Source of the DNA: Escherichia coli
Lineage (GTDB): Bacteria; Pseudomonadota; Gammaproteobacteria; Enterobacterales; Enterobacteriaceae
DNA length: 64,000 bases
Assembly (NCBI RefSeq): GCF_030013205.1
Contig: NZ_CP122648.1
Direction: 5' to 3' (one strand)
The notes beneath the pieces were generated by a model. That model was not told where the DNA came from. It searched no databases and worked only from the letters and a program-made list of their open reading frames with translations. Position numbers and translations under genes: made by a program. This document shows positions 19,570 to 34,160 of this stretch, piece after piece (within the stretch, counting starts at the first letter, position 1; each line of letters opens with the position of its first letter).

Positions 19570-20871
19570 TCAAACAGAGGTAAATTGCGGGATGTTATGC
19601 CATAACGGCCAGCTAAACAAGAAGCGGGCACCACCCAGTTCGCTGGTGTCACAATTAACCGTACCGCCCATTGCCAGTGCTATAGAGTGGACAATTGCCA
19701 ACCCCAGCCCGCAGCCGCCGGTTGAGCGATCCCGGCTGGGATCGAGTCGAACAAAAGGTTCAAAGATATGTTCGCGGTTTTCAGGGGCAATCCCTGGGCC
19801 ATCATCCTCAACAATTAATGTCGCTCTATTCCCCGACAGTAGCAGGCTGGTTTCAACCGTTGAGTGACAGTAGCGCAGGGCGTTATTGAGCAAATTATCC
19901 AGCACGCGCTCCATTAAGCGCATATCCAACGCCGCATAATGGCCTTGCATGAGCGTTTTTATCCGTACCATTTTATCGGGCGTTACTGCCTGAATATCTG
20001 CCAGATGCGTTGACAGCCATAACGGCAGGTCTGGTTCGCTAAGATGAAGCTCATTTTGTGGGCGATCGAGTCGGGCATAAGTTAGCAACTCTTCAATTAA
20101 AGCTTCAAGTTGACTGATATCACGATTCAATGCCTGGGATTCGGCGGCGCTCAGGTTATCACTCATCTCCTGTCGATAACGCAAGCGCACTAACGGCGTT
20201 CGCAGTTCGTGAGCGATTCCGTCAATAAGCTGTTTTTTGCTGGCTATCAAGGCGTTGATATTGTCCGCCATCTGGTTAAATGCGACGCCAAGGCGTTCAA
20301 AGCTCGAACCCTCATCAAAGTGGATACGTTCATTGAGATGCCCATCGCCAAATCGTTGCGCCGCTGCTTCCAGTTTTAACATATCCTGCCAGTGCGGACG
20401 CATCCAGATAAACACCGGAAAGGCGAGGGAAATGGCAATAAAAGCGATCAGGGCGATATCCAGCAATCGCATCTGATGGAGGTAATAAAGATAAGGAACA
20501 GGACCAACTGCCAGCACGTAGTGGCTGCGCGGGATACGTTGCAAAAACGTGTACTGATCGTCCAGGGCGACAATTTCGCCGCCACGCAGCCGGTGCATGG
20601 AAATATCATCAAGATGGTATTTACTCAGTGGCTCGACTCGCAGATCGAAAGAGAGATTTAAATCCATCTCCTTCAGCGTCTTACCCCAATCGTGTGGGGG
20701 GATCTCACGCAATTCGCTGCGCATCAGATACAGCGAACTGTTCATCAAATCATCCAGCGACTGTTTGCCCGCGCGTTCGGCGGTAAATTTGTACACCAGC
20801 CCAACCAGCAGAGACATCACAAGGAAGCAGACAAACAATAACAGGTAAAACTGGATAAACAGTTTTTTCAT
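19570..20871 (-). CDS. rstB: two-component sensor histidine kinase RstB
   Basis: 433-aa ORF with TM segments and HisKA/HATPase motifs; downstream of rstA. Confidence 0.93.
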   Translation of the reverse strand: MKKLFIQFYLLLFVCFLVMSLLVGLVYKFTAERAGKQSLDDLMNSSLYLMRSELREIPPHDWGKTLKEMDLNLSFDLRVEPLSKYHLDDISMHRLRGGEIVALDDQYTFLQRIPRSHYVLAVGPVPYLYYLHQMRLLDIALIAFIAISLAFPVFIWMRPHWQDMLKLEAAAQRFGDGHLNERIHFDEGSSFERLGVAFNQMADNINALIASKKQLIDGIAHELRTPLVRLRYRQEMSDNLSAAESQALNRDISQLEALIEELLTYARLDRPQNELHLSEPDLPLWLSTHLADIQAVTPDKMVRIKTLMQGHYAALDMRLMERVLDNLLNNALRYCHSTVETSLLLSGNRATLIVEDDGPGIAPENREHIFEPFVRLDPSRDRSTGGCGLGLAIVHSIALAMGGTVNCDTSELGGARFLFSWPLWHNIPQFTSV

Positions 20872-20874
20872 CGC

Positions 20875-21594
20875 TTATTCCCATGCATGAGGCGCAAAAA
20901 GATAGCCTTTGTTACGCACAGTTTTAATGCGATAAGGTTCTGCGGCGTTATCGAGCAGTTTTTTTCTTAACCGCGAAATAGCCACGTCCACGCTACGATC
21001 CAGTCCGTCATAACTGACGCCGCGTAAATTTTTCAGCAATGCATCGCGGTCCATGATTTGCCCGGCATGGGTAGCTAATTCCCACAATAATTCGAAATCA
21101 GCTGTCGAGAGCGAGATTTCAGTGTTAGCCAGGGTGACTACGCGGTTGATAGGATCGATGGTCAACGTGCCGAAATGCAGGGCTTTGTAGGGAGTCAGTG
21201 ACGTTTCCTGAAGACCTTTGGTCAGCGTGGCTTGCTCATTCTGACGCAAATGCAAACGTAAACGCGCTAACAAAACAGCAGGGGGCGTCGTTTTGAGAAT
21301 ATAGTCGCAGGCACCCATTTCCAGTGCCAGGATGTGGTTCATATCGCTATCGAGAGAGGTTAGAAGAACAATCGGTCCGGACCACTTTGCGCGTAAATCA
21401 CGACAAATGGTCATGCCGTCCTTGCCTGGTAGCATGATGTCGAGTAACACCAAATCCGGATTTTCTCGCAGAATAGTTTCTTCGGCCTGGTCGCCGCGCG
21501 GCTCTACGGTAACCTGCATATCATGTTTTGCCAGGTACGCGGCAATCAGTGAACCGACTTCCGCATCATCTTCCACAAATACGATAGTGTTCAT
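20875..21594 (-). CDS. rstA: OmpR-family response regulator RstA
   Basis: ORF trimmed to ATG at 21592-21594 (MNTIVFVEDD...) giving 239 aa. Confidence 0.93.
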   Translation of the reverse strand: MNTIVFVEDDAEVGSLIAAYLAKHDMQVTVEPRGDQAEETILRENPDLVLLDIMLPGKDGMTICRDLRAKWSGPIVLLTSLDSDMNHILALEMGACDYILKTTPPAVLLARLRLHLRQNEQATLTKGLQETSLTPYKALHFGTLTIDPINRVVTLANTEISLSTADFELLWELATHAGQIMDRDALLKNLRGVSYDGLDRSVDVAISRLRKKLLDNAAEPYRIKTVRNKGYLFAPHAWE

Positions 21595-21722
21595 ATTATT
21601 CACGGTAGATATAAAAACGTCACAATACACCGCGCTGTTTTTACTTACTATCAATCGTTTCTAAACAAGTTTTCATCAGGTATTCTACTGATGACTTGTT
21701 ATGGAAGTGTTAAGGTAAAAAG

Positions 21723-22058
21723 ATGGGGCTGGTAATCAAAGCCGCGCTCGGTGCGCTGGTAGTGCTGTTGATTGGTGTTTTAGCAAAAACGAAAAATTAT
21801 TATATCGCCGGGCTGATTCCACTTTTCCCGACCTTTGCGCTCATCGCGCATTATATTGTTGCCAGCGAACGCGGCATTGAAGCCTTACGCGCAACCATCA
21901 TTTTTAGCATGTGGTCAATTATTCCCTATTTTGTTTACCTGGCGTCGCTGTGGTATTTCACCGGAATGATGCGCTTGCCCGCCGCTTTTGTTGGTTCTGT
22001 TGCGTGTTGGGGGATAAGCGCATGGGTGTTGATTATATGCTGGATAAAGCTGCATTAA
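21723..22058 (+). CDS. ydgC: GlpM-family inner-membrane protein YdgC
   Basis: 111-aa hydrophobic ORF recognised as YdgC. Confidence 0.85.
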   Translation: MGLVIKAALGALVVLLIGVLAKTKNYYIAGLIPLFPTFALIAHYIVASERGIEALRATIIFSMWSIIPYFVYLASLWYFTGMMRLPAAFVGSVACWGISAWVLIICWIKLH

Positions 22059-22777
22059 CGCAGATGACGACCGCCATCAAGAGGGAAACTGCGTCCGGTG
22101 ACAAAGCAGCTGGTAAGTAAGTAATCGACCAGGTCGATTACTTCTTTCTCGCCAGGCGCGGTTTTCATCAGTGATTTATTCAGCGCCTGTTGTCGATATT
22201 CGGCATCATCATGTTCATTAAACAGGATCAGCGATGGCGCAATAGAATTCACTTTCACTTCCGGTGCCAGCTTGCGGGCAAACGAGCGAGTCATATTATC
22301 CAGTGCCGCTTTGCTTGCAGCATAGGCAATATGTTTGTCGCTACCGCGCTCCACCACATAATCGGTAAAGTGAATGATATCGCTGGCGGCGTGTCCGTGC
22401 CCACGCAGTAATCTTTCCAGAGCATGGTTGAGCAGATATGGGGTATTAACGTGGATCTGCATCATGCAAGCCAGTACGTCGGTCAGTGGTGTACCTGGTT
22501 TTTCTGCCATCCACGCGCTGGCGTTATGCAAAATAGCACGCAGGCCATGGGTGCTTTTTAGTACTTCATCGGCAAACGCCATCACACCGTCGTTGGTCGA
22601 AAAATCAGCCTGAATACACTGCGCACCTGCCTTAATCAGTCCATCAATGGCTGGATAGTGCGTCCGATAGCTGATAATCACCGGTTGCTTTTGATTAATG
22701 AAATGCCAGGCGAGTGCGAGGCCGATGCGACGACCTCCGCCAGTAATTAATATTGGCAAGGGCTGGGCTTTACCCAT
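22055..22777 (-). CDS. folM: dihydromonapterin/dihydrofolate reductase (SDR)
   Basis: 240-aa ORF with TGGGRRIG motif recognised as FolM. Confidence 0.92.
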   Translation of the reverse strand: MGKAQPLPILITGGGRRIGLALAWHFINQKQPVIISYRTHYPAIDGLIKAGAQCIQADFSTNDGVMAFADEVLKSTHGLRAILHNASAWMAEKPGTPLTDVLACMMQIHVNTPYLLNHALERLLRGHGHAASDIIHFTDYVVERGSDKHIAYAASKAALDNMTRSFARKLAPEVKVNSIAPSLILFNEHDDAEYRQQALNKSLMKTAPGEKEVIDLVDYLLTSCFVTGRSFPLDGGRHLR

Positions 22778-22813
22778 CGTTATCTCCTTTGCTATCCAAC
22801 GATGGGATGAACG

Positions 22814-24196
22814 TTATCCCACCAGCATCCAGGTCGCCGGAACTGAGGCAATTAACAGCATGCCAATTAGCACCATTTCCTGACGGTTCAGTACGTTATC
22901 ATGTGTATGCGTTTTACGCGCATACAGGAAAACCAGCAGCCCCGGCGCATACAGAACAACGGATAACAGCAAGTGCATTGGACCAGAGGCGTACAATAAC
23001 CATAAGCCATAAATGCAGGCACCGACACCTACCGCTTTATGCAGTGGACGGGTTGCGATTTTCAGCAAGAACGCGCCGACCAGGAAATAGGGCACCAGAA
23101 TCATTTCTGAGGCGATGGTCAGCAACGTGTTGTAATCGGAACCGGTCAGCCAGATGAGTACCAGACAAATTTGCACGCAGATGTTGGTCAACCACAGTGA
23201 GGCGGATGGCGCAGCTTGTGCGTTCTGGCGCGCAAAAATGCGCGGGAATGCTTTATGAGTGGCGGCCAGGAACGGAACTTCTGCCGCCATGATGGTCCAG
23301 CTTAAGTACGCGCCGCAAACGGAAACGATCAAACCGGCAGCGATGATGATTTCGCCCCATGGTCCCATCATTTCCACCATCAGACCGGCCATTGACGGGT
23401 TACGAATTTCAGCCAGTTCAGGACGTGCCACCACGCCCAGCGAAAGCAGCGTTACCAGCAAGTAAACGCCCAGAGCGGAGAGAACCGCCAGCAGTGTCGC
23501 TTTGCCAACATCACGTTTATTACGCGCACGCGCAGAAACAACCACGGCACCTTCCACACCAATGAAAACCCACAGGGTGATCAGCATGGTGTTTTTCACC
23601 TGTTCCCAAACGGGTACGCCAAGTGCAAGTCCGGTGAAGTCGAGCTTGAAGGTATCCAGTTTGAACATCATCATCGCCAACACAACAAACAGACCCAGCG
23701 GCAACAGTTTTGCCAGTGTTGCCACCAGGTTAATGCTGGCAGCGGTTTGCACCCCGCGCAGGATCAAAAAGTGAACAATCCACAATAAAGCCGATGCACC
23801 GACGATCGATTGCCAGGTATTACCATCGCCAAACAGGCGCAATTCCGGCGTGTCCGTAAAAAAGCTTAACGCGGAAAAAACGATCACCAGATAGGAGACG
23901 TTGGCGATGACCGCGCACAGCCAGTATCCCCATGCGGAACAAAAGCCGATTAGCTCGCCAAACCCTTCGCGGGCATAGGTAAAGATACCGCCGTCAAGTT
24001 CGGGACGAATGCGCGTGAGGATCAGCATGGCAAAGGCCAGCAATAAAATGCCTGCGCCAGTAATACCCCAGCCGATGAGCAGTGCTGCCGGGCTGGCAAC
24101 TGCCGCCATATTTTGCGGCAGACTGAAAACACCCGCGCCCAGCATTGAGCTTAATACCAGCGCGGTGAGTGCGCTCAGTCCCAGTTTCTTTTCCAT
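22814..24196 (-). CDS. ydgI: APC-family putative arginine:ornithine antiporter YdgI
   Basis: 460-aa polytopic ORF recognised as YdgI/ArcD-like. Confidence 0.9.
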   Translation of the reverse strand: MEKKLGLSALTALVLSSMLGAGVFSLPQNMAAVASPAALLIGWGITGAGILLLAFAMLILTRIRPELDGGIFTYAREGFGELIGFCSAWGYWLCAVIANVSYLVIVFSALSFFTDTPELRLFGDGNTWQSIVGASALLWIVHFLILRGVQTAASINLVATLAKLLPLGLFVVLAMMMFKLDTFKLDFTGLALGVPVWEQVKNTMLITLWVFIGVEGAVVVSARARNKRDVGKATLLAVLSALGVYLLVTLLSLGVVARPELAEIRNPSMAGLMVEMMGPWGEIIIAAGLIVSVCGAYLSWTIMAAEVPFLAATHKAFPRIFARQNAQAAPSASLWLTNICVQICLVLIWLTGSDYNTLLTIASEMILVPYFLVGAFLLKIATRPLHKAVGVGACIYGLWLLYASGPMHLLLSVVLYAPGLLVFLYARKTHTHDNVLNRQEMVLIGMLLIASVPATWMLVG

Positions 24197-24332
24197 CGAT
24201 ATCCAGTGATTAAAACGTGATAAGAAGAATAAATATTAGGGCAAAACGCATAAAAATGGAGTTTGCCACTGAAGCGCGGGATTTTACGAAGAGATGTGTC
24301 TGCATGCAATGGTCGCGGGGAAATTTGTGACT

Positions 24333-24361
24333 AAAAATGCGAAAGGCGGCATCAAGCCGCC
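24333..24361 (-). terminator. Rho-independent terminator after ydgH
   Basis: Minus strand: GGCGGC-TTGAT-GCCGCC followed by TTTCGCATTTTT. Confidence 0.6.
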
Positions 24362-24381
24362 TTATAGGAGTAACTGAATAG

Positions 24382-25326
24382 TTATTTATACAGATCTGCG
24401 CTGACGGTCAGGTTATTACCACGTTCCTGCCACTGGCGGGTGATGTGGTAATACTTAGCACCTTTCTTCGCGGCACGTTTCGCAACCTGATAGGAGACTT
24501 CGGTCATGTTGCCGTAGTTGCCAGAGAATTTGATGCTGTCGAACGGGACCATCATCGCTGCGGTCGCTTTGTTCAGTTCTTCGACTTTAGTGCCATCCGG
24601 GAGCGTGACGGTGTAACGCCCGCCTTTTGATGACTGGGTTTCAAAGAAGCGACCGACTTCAGAACTTGGTGATGCGGTAGTCGCAACACCCGGGATCTCA
24701 ACTTTCTTCGCGGCTTCGCCACCGGCAGCCAGAGCTGCACGTCCTGCTTCGGAATCTGCCGGGATCACATCCGGGCTCTGGACGATACGTTTCTTAGCAT
24801 CTTTTTTATAGATGAATGCAGTAATACGCTGGTTGCCGCCCTGGTTGGCATCGATTTGACGAACGATGTAGAAAGAGTAGGCACCTTTCGCTTTTGCCGC
24901 TTTGGTGATGGCATCATTGACTTCTGGCTGGCTACGATAAAAGCCCTGGACGGTGACCGTGTCAAACGGTTCAATCAGAACGGCCTGATCTTTCGGCAGT
25001 TCGACAACTCCGTTAATTACGCGATTACTTGTTTCTTCTGCTTTTTCAGCATCGGCTTTATAGAGGTCAGCGACCACACGCCAGTTACCGCTGTTACCAA
25101 AATCAGAAGTGTCGACAACATAAAAAGAGGCGGCACCTTCTTTATCTGCGCGACGAGAAACGGCTTTCACCGCTTCGCCAATAGCATTAAAACGACCGGT
25201 AACCACTACACGGTCAAAAGGTTTAACCGCTGCCGCTTGCTCCGGTGTCAGTTCTGTTGCTGCGTTAACGGAGAATGCCGTAGCAGAAAGCAGTGCCGAC
25301 GCCAGGAGGGTGTTCTTAAGCTTCAT
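24382..25326 (-). CDS. ydgH: DUF1471 (YdgH/BhsA/McbA-like) periplasmic protein
   Basis: 314-aa ORF with signal peptide and three internal repeats; recognised as YdgH. Confidence 0.9.
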   Translation of the reverse strand: MKLKNTLLASALLSATAFSVNAATELTPEQAAAVKPFDRVVVTGRFNAIGEAVKAVSRRADKEGAASFYVVDTSDFGNSGNWRVVADLYKADAEKAEETSNRVINGVVELPKDQAVLIEPFDTVTVQGFYRSQPEVNDAITKAAKAKGAYSFYIVRQIDANQGGNQRITAFIYKKDAKKRIVQSPDVIPADSEAGRAALAAGGEAAKKVEIPGVATTASPSSEVGRFFETQSSKGGRYTVTLPDGTKVEELNKATAAMMVPFDSIKFSGNYGNMTEVSYQVAKRAAKKGAKYYHITRQWQERGNNLTVSADLYK

Positions 25327-25786
25327 AAAAATAATCCTTCGCCTTGCGCAAACCAGGTACTGGTATTGTTATTAACGAGAAACGTGGCTGATTATTGCAT
25401 TTAAACGGTGTAACTGTCTGCGTCATTTTTCATATCACATTCCTTAAGCCAATTTTAATCCTGCTCAAATGACCGTCTATGCTTAAAAAACAGCCGTATC
25501 AGCATCAATACTACTGAAGCAACTGAATTGTATAAGTTAATTTAATGTTAAGTAGTGATTCGTGCCGGGGCGATGTCTCGTTTTACCCGACCGTCGAAGA
25601 CAATTATCAGTCTTTATCCAGCGTTCTAAGGTGTTTATCCCACTATCACGGCTGAATCGTTAATATTTTGCGAGTTCACGCCGAAATACTGATTTTTGGC
25701 GCTAGATCACAGGCATAATTTTCAGTACGTTATAGGGCGTTTGTTACTAATTTATTTTAACGGAGTAACATTTAGCTCGTACATGA

Positions 25787-27382
<1,596 letters not shown>

Positions 27383-27389
27383 GGGGTAA

Positions 27390-28781
<1,392 letters not shown>

Positions 28782-28783
28782 AC

Positions 28784-28814
28784 GTGACGGCCTCTGCAGA
28801 GGCCGTCACTCTTT
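28784..28814. terminator. Bidirectional terminator hairpin between convergent pntB and tqsA
   Basis: GTGACGGCCTC-TGCA-GAGGCCGTCAC followed by TCTTT; overlaps the tqsA stop. Confidence 0.65.
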
Positions 28815-29840
28815 ATTGAGATCGCTTAACAGAACGGCGATGCTTTGACCTCCCGCTGTTTGTTCAAGCGCAATTTTGACAATAATTGTCAACGGCACGG
28901 AAAGCAGCATACCCACCGGTCCTAACAACCATCCCCAAAAAATCAACGACAAAAATACCACCAATGTGGAAAGCCCCAGCCCACGCCCCATGATGCGTGG
29001 CTCCAGAATATTGCCGAAGACCAGATTAATCAGCAGATATCCCGCCAGCACCAGCAACGCTTCGTAGAAGCCATTAAACACCAGTACCTGAGCGATAGGG
29101 GGGATTGCCGCGAGAACTGAACCAATATTAGGGATGTAATTAAGCGCAAAGGCCAGCAATCCCCAGACAAAAGCGAAGCGAACATCGAGTGCGGCGAGCA
29201 TCGCCCAGGCGACCAGGCCGGTGATGATGCTGATGGCTGTTTTCAGCACCAGATAATGAGAAACACTGTCAATCGCACGCTGAATCGCCGCCATCCCTTC
29301 AACCGGACGCGCCATCATTTGCTGAAATTTTCCGGGCAATTGTGGCACTTCGAGCAGCATAAACAGCACCGTCAGCAGCAATAAAAATATTGATGACATG
29401 GCATTAGATAACTGCGTCAATAAGTTGGTGAGCAACGTCATCGCCGCGTTCGGATCAATGTAATGCGCCAGTTGGTCAACTGAGACATCAATCCCTACGC
29501 GTTGCAACAACGGTTCAATCGCTTGCAGCGGCGTCATAATAGAGTTGCGATATTGCGGTAACGTCCGCGTCAACTCGTTGAGCGCGGAACCCAGATAAGC
29601 TAACAGCAACACCATCGCCATCACGATGATGGTCATCAAAATCGACACCGCCAGTACACGCGGCACTCGCCAGCGGACCATGTGTTGCACCAGCGGGTTA
29701 AGAATAACAGCAATAAATAATGCGAGAATAAACGGCACGATGATCTCGGCGGCAAAACGGATACCGCAGAGAATAATGACCAGCATTCCCAACATAATGA
29801 CGATTTTTAGGCCATTGAGCGTGATGATCGGCTTTGCCAT
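28806..29840 (-). CDS. tqsA: AI-2 exporter TqsA (YdgG)
   Basis: 344-aa polytopic ORF recognised as TqsA. Confidence 0.92.
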   Translation of the reverse strand: MAKPIITLNGLKIVIMLGMLVIILCGIRFAAEIIVPFILALFIAVILNPLVQHMVRWRVPRVLAVSILMTIIVMAMVLLLAYLGSALNELTRTLPQYRNSIMTPLQAIEPLLQRVGIDVSVDQLAHYIDPNAAMTLLTNLLTQLSNAMSSIFLLLLTVLFMLLEVPQLPGKFQQMMARPVEGMAAIQRAIDSVSHYLVLKTAISIITGLVAWAMLAALDVRFAFVWGLLAFALNYIPNIGSVLAAIPPIAQVLVFNGFYEALLVLAGYLLINLVFGNILEPRIMGRGLGLSTLVVFLSLIFWGWLLGPVGMLLSVPLTIIVKIALEQTAGGQSIAVLLSDLNKE

Positions 29841-30251
29841 GCTTGTCCCCGTTTTTTCTTCCTTTGCTAATAATAATGTCTTTTTCGCTCCGTCATCATA
29901 ACGAAAATCAAACCGCTCAGGTAAAGAAGTGAAAATATTTTGAGTTAATTCTTAAGCTATGATACAAATCAGGCGTGTTCAACTACCGAGGACAATTATC
30001 ATCCGCGATGACGAGAAGCAACACTGCGGATAATTGTAATATTATGGACAATTTGTTCAGGACGTTATTTTCTACATTTACCCATCTTCGTACCTCATCC
30101 ACTATCTTGCTCGTAGGTGAGCAGCACTGGCGCAACGCGCTTTAGTCCTTTCTTCTGCCAAAGCTTGCGCTAAGCGCGGGGCTTGACCACTTTACTTTGG
30201 TTTCGCTGAATTAAGCGAAAATTAAAATAATTCTCTTGCAGGAGAAGGACA

Positions 30252-30617
30252 ATGTATATTTATTGGATTTTATTAGGCCTGGCTATTGCTACAGAAATTA
30301 CCGGTACGCTGTCCATGAAATGGGCGAGCGTCAGTGAGGGAAATGGCGGCTTTATTTTAATGCTGGTGATGATTTCTCTGTCGTATATATTTCTCTCTTT
30401 CGCCGTTAAAAAAATCGCCTTAGGCGTGGCTTATGCGCTGTGGGAAGGTATCGGTATTTTATTTATTACCTTGTTTAGCGTTTTGTTATTCGACGAAAGT
30501 TTATCGCTGATGAAAATTGCCGGGTTAACCACCCTGGTGGCCGGGATTGTATTGATCAAATCAGGTACCCGTAAAGCGCGTAAACCTGAACTGGAGGTGA
30601 ACCATGGCGCAGTTTGA
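30252..30617 (+). CDS. mdtJ: SMR-family spermidine exporter subunit MdtJ
   Basis: 121-aa 4-TM ORF recognised as MdtJ. Confidence 0.92.
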
Positions 30618-30933
30618 ATGGGTTCACGCCGCCTGGCTGGCATTGGCAATCGTGCTGGAAATCGTTGCTAACGTCTTTTTGAAATTTTCTGACGGCTTTC
30701 GTCGCAAAATATTTGGCTTGCTCTCCCTGTCGGCGGTGCTGGCTGCCTTTAGTGCGCTTTCTCAGGCCGTTAAAGGGATCGACTTGTCTGTCGCTTATGC
30801 ATTGTGGGGCGGGTTTGGTATTGCCGCCACGTTAGCCGCAGGTTGGATCTTGTTTGGTCAACGGTTAAATCGTAAAGGCTGGATTGGCCTGGTCTTGCTG
30901 TTGGCTGGAATGATCATGGTGAAACTTGCCTGA
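30604..30933 (+). CDS. mdtI: SMR-family spermidine exporter subunit MdtI
   Basis: 109-aa 4-TM ORF overlapping mdtJ by 14 nt; recognised as MdtI. Confidence 0.92.
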
Positions 30934-30971
30934 TGAACACGCTGCCCGCGCTGTCGGGCAGCGTTTGAACA

Positions 30972-31793
30972 TTATTTTTGCGACAGTTGATCCAGCCTGT
31001 CGCGAAAACCGGTAACAGAAATGGCCCGGTTATCGGCGCGCCAGCGATCTTTCGCGGCAGGAGCCGAACTTTGCACCCCAATTAATTGCCAGCCGTCATC
31101 GGTATGCAACATCAGAGGCGAACCGCTGTCACCCGGCAAGGTATCGCACTGATGCGACATCACCGACGTTTGCGCCCAGCCAGTCACTTCACAGTTTTGA
31201 TGACTGTACAACGTATCGAGATGATCTTCAGGGTATCCCGCCTGAGTCACTTTACGACCTGCCGCTTTTAATGCGGCGGTAAGCGCGGCTTTATCTCCCT
31301 CAAATAACGGCAATGGTGTAATGCCAGAAGGGGGATTACGTAGCACAATCAAACCGAAGTCCCACGGCGCAGCTGCGGGAGGAACAATCCAACCATCCCC
31401 ATCTGCTTTTAACCGCTTTCCCAGTGTCGGGTCAACGCGGCCTTCTATGTCGTGGATCTCATAGCGCCAAAGACCTTTATTTGACACAAAACGCAGCGCC
31501 ACCGCTTTATCGGCTTTACCCTTTGGCGGCGTCAATAAACAGTGTCCTGCCGTTAATGCCAGATTGGGTGCAATCAGCGTCGCTGTACATAAATTGCCGC
31601 TGGCCGTTTCCAGTTGCCCAACCGCATCCCACGGTGATTGGGTCGTGTCATTCACTGGCACACGATCATCATGACCAAAAAACAGGGTGCTGACCTCATC
31701 GTTTGCCGATTTGGCAACGTCTGGTTTATCTGCAAACACAAAAGCAGACGTCAAACTAATTGCACCCAACACTACAGCAATGGTTGTACGCAT
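30972..31793 (-). CDS. ydgD: trypsin-like (S1) serine peptidase YdgD
   Basis: 273-aa ORF with signal peptide and TAGHC / GDSGSP catalytic motifs. Confidence 0.9.
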   Translation of the reverse strand: MRTTIAVVLGAISLTSAFVFADKPDVAKSANDEVSTLFFGHDDRVPVNDTTQSPWDAVGQLETASGNLCTATLIAPNLALTAGHCLLTPPKGKADKAVALRFVSNKGLWRYEIHDIEGRVDPTLGKRLKADGDGWIVPPAAAPWDFGLIVLRNPPSGITPLPLFEGDKAALTAALKAAGRKVTQAGYPEDHLDTLYSHQNCEVTGWAQTSVMSHQCDTLPGDSGSPLMLHTDDGWQLIGVQSSAPAAKDRWRADNRAISVTGFRDRLDQLSQK

Positions 31794-31892
31794 ATCACAC
31801 TCTGGTGGGTAATTATGATTATTAAAAGCAAACCCTCATAAATACTATAGACGGGACGGGATGAAAGTGGGAGTAAAATCAGATAACTACGA

Positions 31893-31976
31893 TCAGGAAA
31901 GATAAAAACGGGCGGCAATCAGTGCGCATAAAATAAGGATGATAAGAATGAACTCAAAGCGATAACGGCCCACCAT
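31893..31976 (-). CDS. ydgU: 27-aa small membrane protein YdgU
   Basis: Hand-translated minus-strand ORF MVGRYRFEFILIILILCALIAARFYLS with GGAGGG 6 nt upstream; below the ORF-track size cutoff. Confidence 0.7.
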   Translation of the reverse strand: MVGRYRFEFILIILILCALIAARFYLS

Positions 31977-32068
31977 ACTACCCTCCGCTAAAGGCGGTGC
32001 TAAACGTTATCCGCTTAGCACCGTAATTTTCAGGCGCGAGGGGGCGCGCCAGCATTACTATTGATAAC

Positions 32069-32377
32069 TTACGCTGCGGGTTGTGCTGCAGGTTTTGCCG
32101 GTTGCTGATGGCTGTGTTTCTTGGCGTGTTTCTTCGCTGCCTGCGCTTTTTGTTCAGGAGCTTTCTGTTCAGCTTTGGCATTTTTATGATGCTTTTTAGC
32201 CGCCTGCGCTTTCTGGGCAGGTGCTGCTTTATGCTGTTTTTTATGATGTGTGGTTTTCGCCGGCGCTGCTTTGGTGGTCGTCGCAGTCGGAGCAGGTGTG
32301 GTCGCAGTCTCTGCAGCAAAGGCAGCAGAAGACAGACCCATAGCAGCGGCAACAACCAGAGCTAATACTTTTTTCAT
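32069..32377 (-). CDS. asr: acid shock protein Asr
   Basis: ORF trimmed to ATG at 32375-32377 (MKKVLALVV...) giving 102 aa; Lys/Ala/His-rich repeats. Confidence 0.92.
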   Translation of the reverse strand: MKKVLALVVAAAMGLSSAAFAAETATTPAPTATTTKAAPAKTTHHKKQHKAAPAQKAQAAKKHHKNAKAEQKAPEQKAQAAKKHAKKHSHQQPAKPAAQPAA

Positions 32378-32800
32378 TGTCATACCCTCAATTTGTTTTT
32401 TCATTTAACCCCACTGCGGGGCCGTTGAAATAACTATATCCCTGGGAATGGCAGACTTCCGTGAGTGGTTGGTTTCAGCGTGTAACGATATGTACAAACG
32501 CTGAATAAATTACAGCGTTGATAATAACGTATTGTGACTTAAGGGAAATTTAGCTACCAATAATAGTAGTCTTGATCAGGTTAACTATTTTACTACTTAC
32601 AAAGCGGTAGAATAACTGCGCATCAGTAATAAATGACACACAGCAAAATGAATCCGTTTATTTGGGTACTTATAATCCTGATGACGCTAGATGCGCTGCG
32701 GGAATTGGCTGGCGCTTCGTCTATTTTAGGATGGCTATTAACGTTGGTTTGAGCAGGCAATAAGTCCGGATGGGTATTTACCGCAGTCCGGACTTATTTT

Positions 32801-34054
32801 TCAGGCGTGCAGACGACGATGCAAACGCGTCCCGACCAGCAGAGCAATGACCAGCATCAGAGCAATAAATGCGCCGACGCCGTTCCAGCCATAGTTATGC
32901 CAGAAAACACCACCCAGCGTCCCGGCAATACTCGACCCCAGATAGTAACTGAACAGATACAGCGAGGAGGCCTGGCCTTTAGCGCGTTTTGCGCGGGGGC
33001 CGATCCAGCTGCTGGCTACTGAGTGGGCTGCGAAGAATCCGGCTGAGAAGAGTAACATTCCGGCAAAGATCAGCCACAGCGAGCTAAATAAGGTCATCAG
33101 TAAACCAAACAGCATAACCCCCGTCGAAAACAACATCACCGGACCGCGCCCATAGCGGGTGGTCATGGTTCCGGCTTTGGGGGAGCTCCATGTACCGGTC
33201 AAATAGGCCAGCGATAATAAGCCAACCACGGCCTGGCTGACATGCCAGGGAGAGAGCATCAACCGATAGCCGATGTAATTAAACAGCGTGACGAACGACC
33301 CCATCAGCAAAAAGCCTTCTGCGAACAATAACGGTAATCCCCGGTCACGCCAGTGCAGACGAAAGTTGATGAATAACGTCTTAGGGCGCAGTGAAGTCGG
33401 GCGAAAATGGCGTGATTCCGGGAGGATTTTCCAGAACATCAACGCCGAGGCCAGCGCGAAACAACCGATTGCCGCCAAAGCAATTCGCCAGTTGAAAAAG
33501 TCCGTGAAGACACCGCTAATTAAGCGTCCGCTCATACCGCCAATTGAGTTGCCGCTGATATACAACCCCATCGAAAAGGCCACGAAACTGGGGTGGATTT
33601 CCTCGCTAAGATAAGTCATGCCAACAGCTGCCACGCCACTTAACGAAAGCCCAATCAAGGCGCGCATAATCAAAATGCCGTGCCAGCTGGTCATCATTGT
33701 CGAAAGTAACGTACAAATGGAGGCCAACAGTAGCGCCGTGACCATCACTGGTTTGCGACCAATGGCATCGGATAGCGGGCCAGTAAACAGCAAACCGATA
33801 GCCAACATCGCCGTTGAAATGGACAGTGAAATACTACTGTTAGCAGGCGTTAAGCCAAACTCCTGCGAAAGCACCGGAAGGATAGGTTGCACACAATAGA
33901 GAAGTGCGAAGGTTGCCAGTCCGGCAGAGAAAAGCGCCAGGGTGACACGCATAAATTGCGGCGTACCGCGTTTAATAAATTGATTTGGCTGAGAAATGCT
34001 TTGCTTGTCAGTGTCGCTTGCCGGAGCGCCATCAACAGTTGTAGTACGGCTCAC
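32801..34054 (-). CDS. ynfM: MFS transporter YnfM
   Basis: 417-aa 12-TM ORF recognised as YnfM; divergent from ynfL. Confidence 0.9.
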   Translation of the reverse strand: MSRTTTVDGAPASDTDKQSISQPNQFIKRGTPQFMRVTLALFSAGLATFALLYCVQPILPVLSQEFGLTPANSSISLSISTAMLAIGLLFTGPLSDAIGRKPVMVTALLLASICTLLSTMMTSWHGILIMRALIGLSLSGVAAVGMTYLSEEIHPSFVAFSMGLYISGNSIGGMSGRLISGVFTDFFNWRIALAAIGCFALASALMFWKILPESRHFRPTSLRPKTLFINFRLHWRDRGLPLLFAEGFLLMGSFVTLFNYIGYRLMLSPWHVSQAVVGLLSLAYLTGTWSSPKAGTMTTRYGRGPVMLFSTGVMLFGLLMTLFSSLWLIFAGMLLFSAGFFAAHSVASSWIGPRAKRAKGQASSLYLFSYYLGSSIAGTLGGVFWHNYGWNGVGAFIALMLVIALLVGTRLHRRLHA

Positions 34055-34160
34055 TTGAAATCCTTGCTAAATATGCCTGTGGATCAGGCTTATGAATAGA
34101 TTAGGAAAATCGAATTGTTCTGTCTAATATATTAATAATCTCAAATAAGATGTTTTAAAT

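Noticed and set aside
31978-32355. 125-codon basic ORF overlapping asr in another frame, and the plus-strand ORF 32081-32365
   Set aside because: These are alternative-frame or antisense readings of the repetitive Lys/Ala-rich asr sequence; asr itself is the recognised gene.
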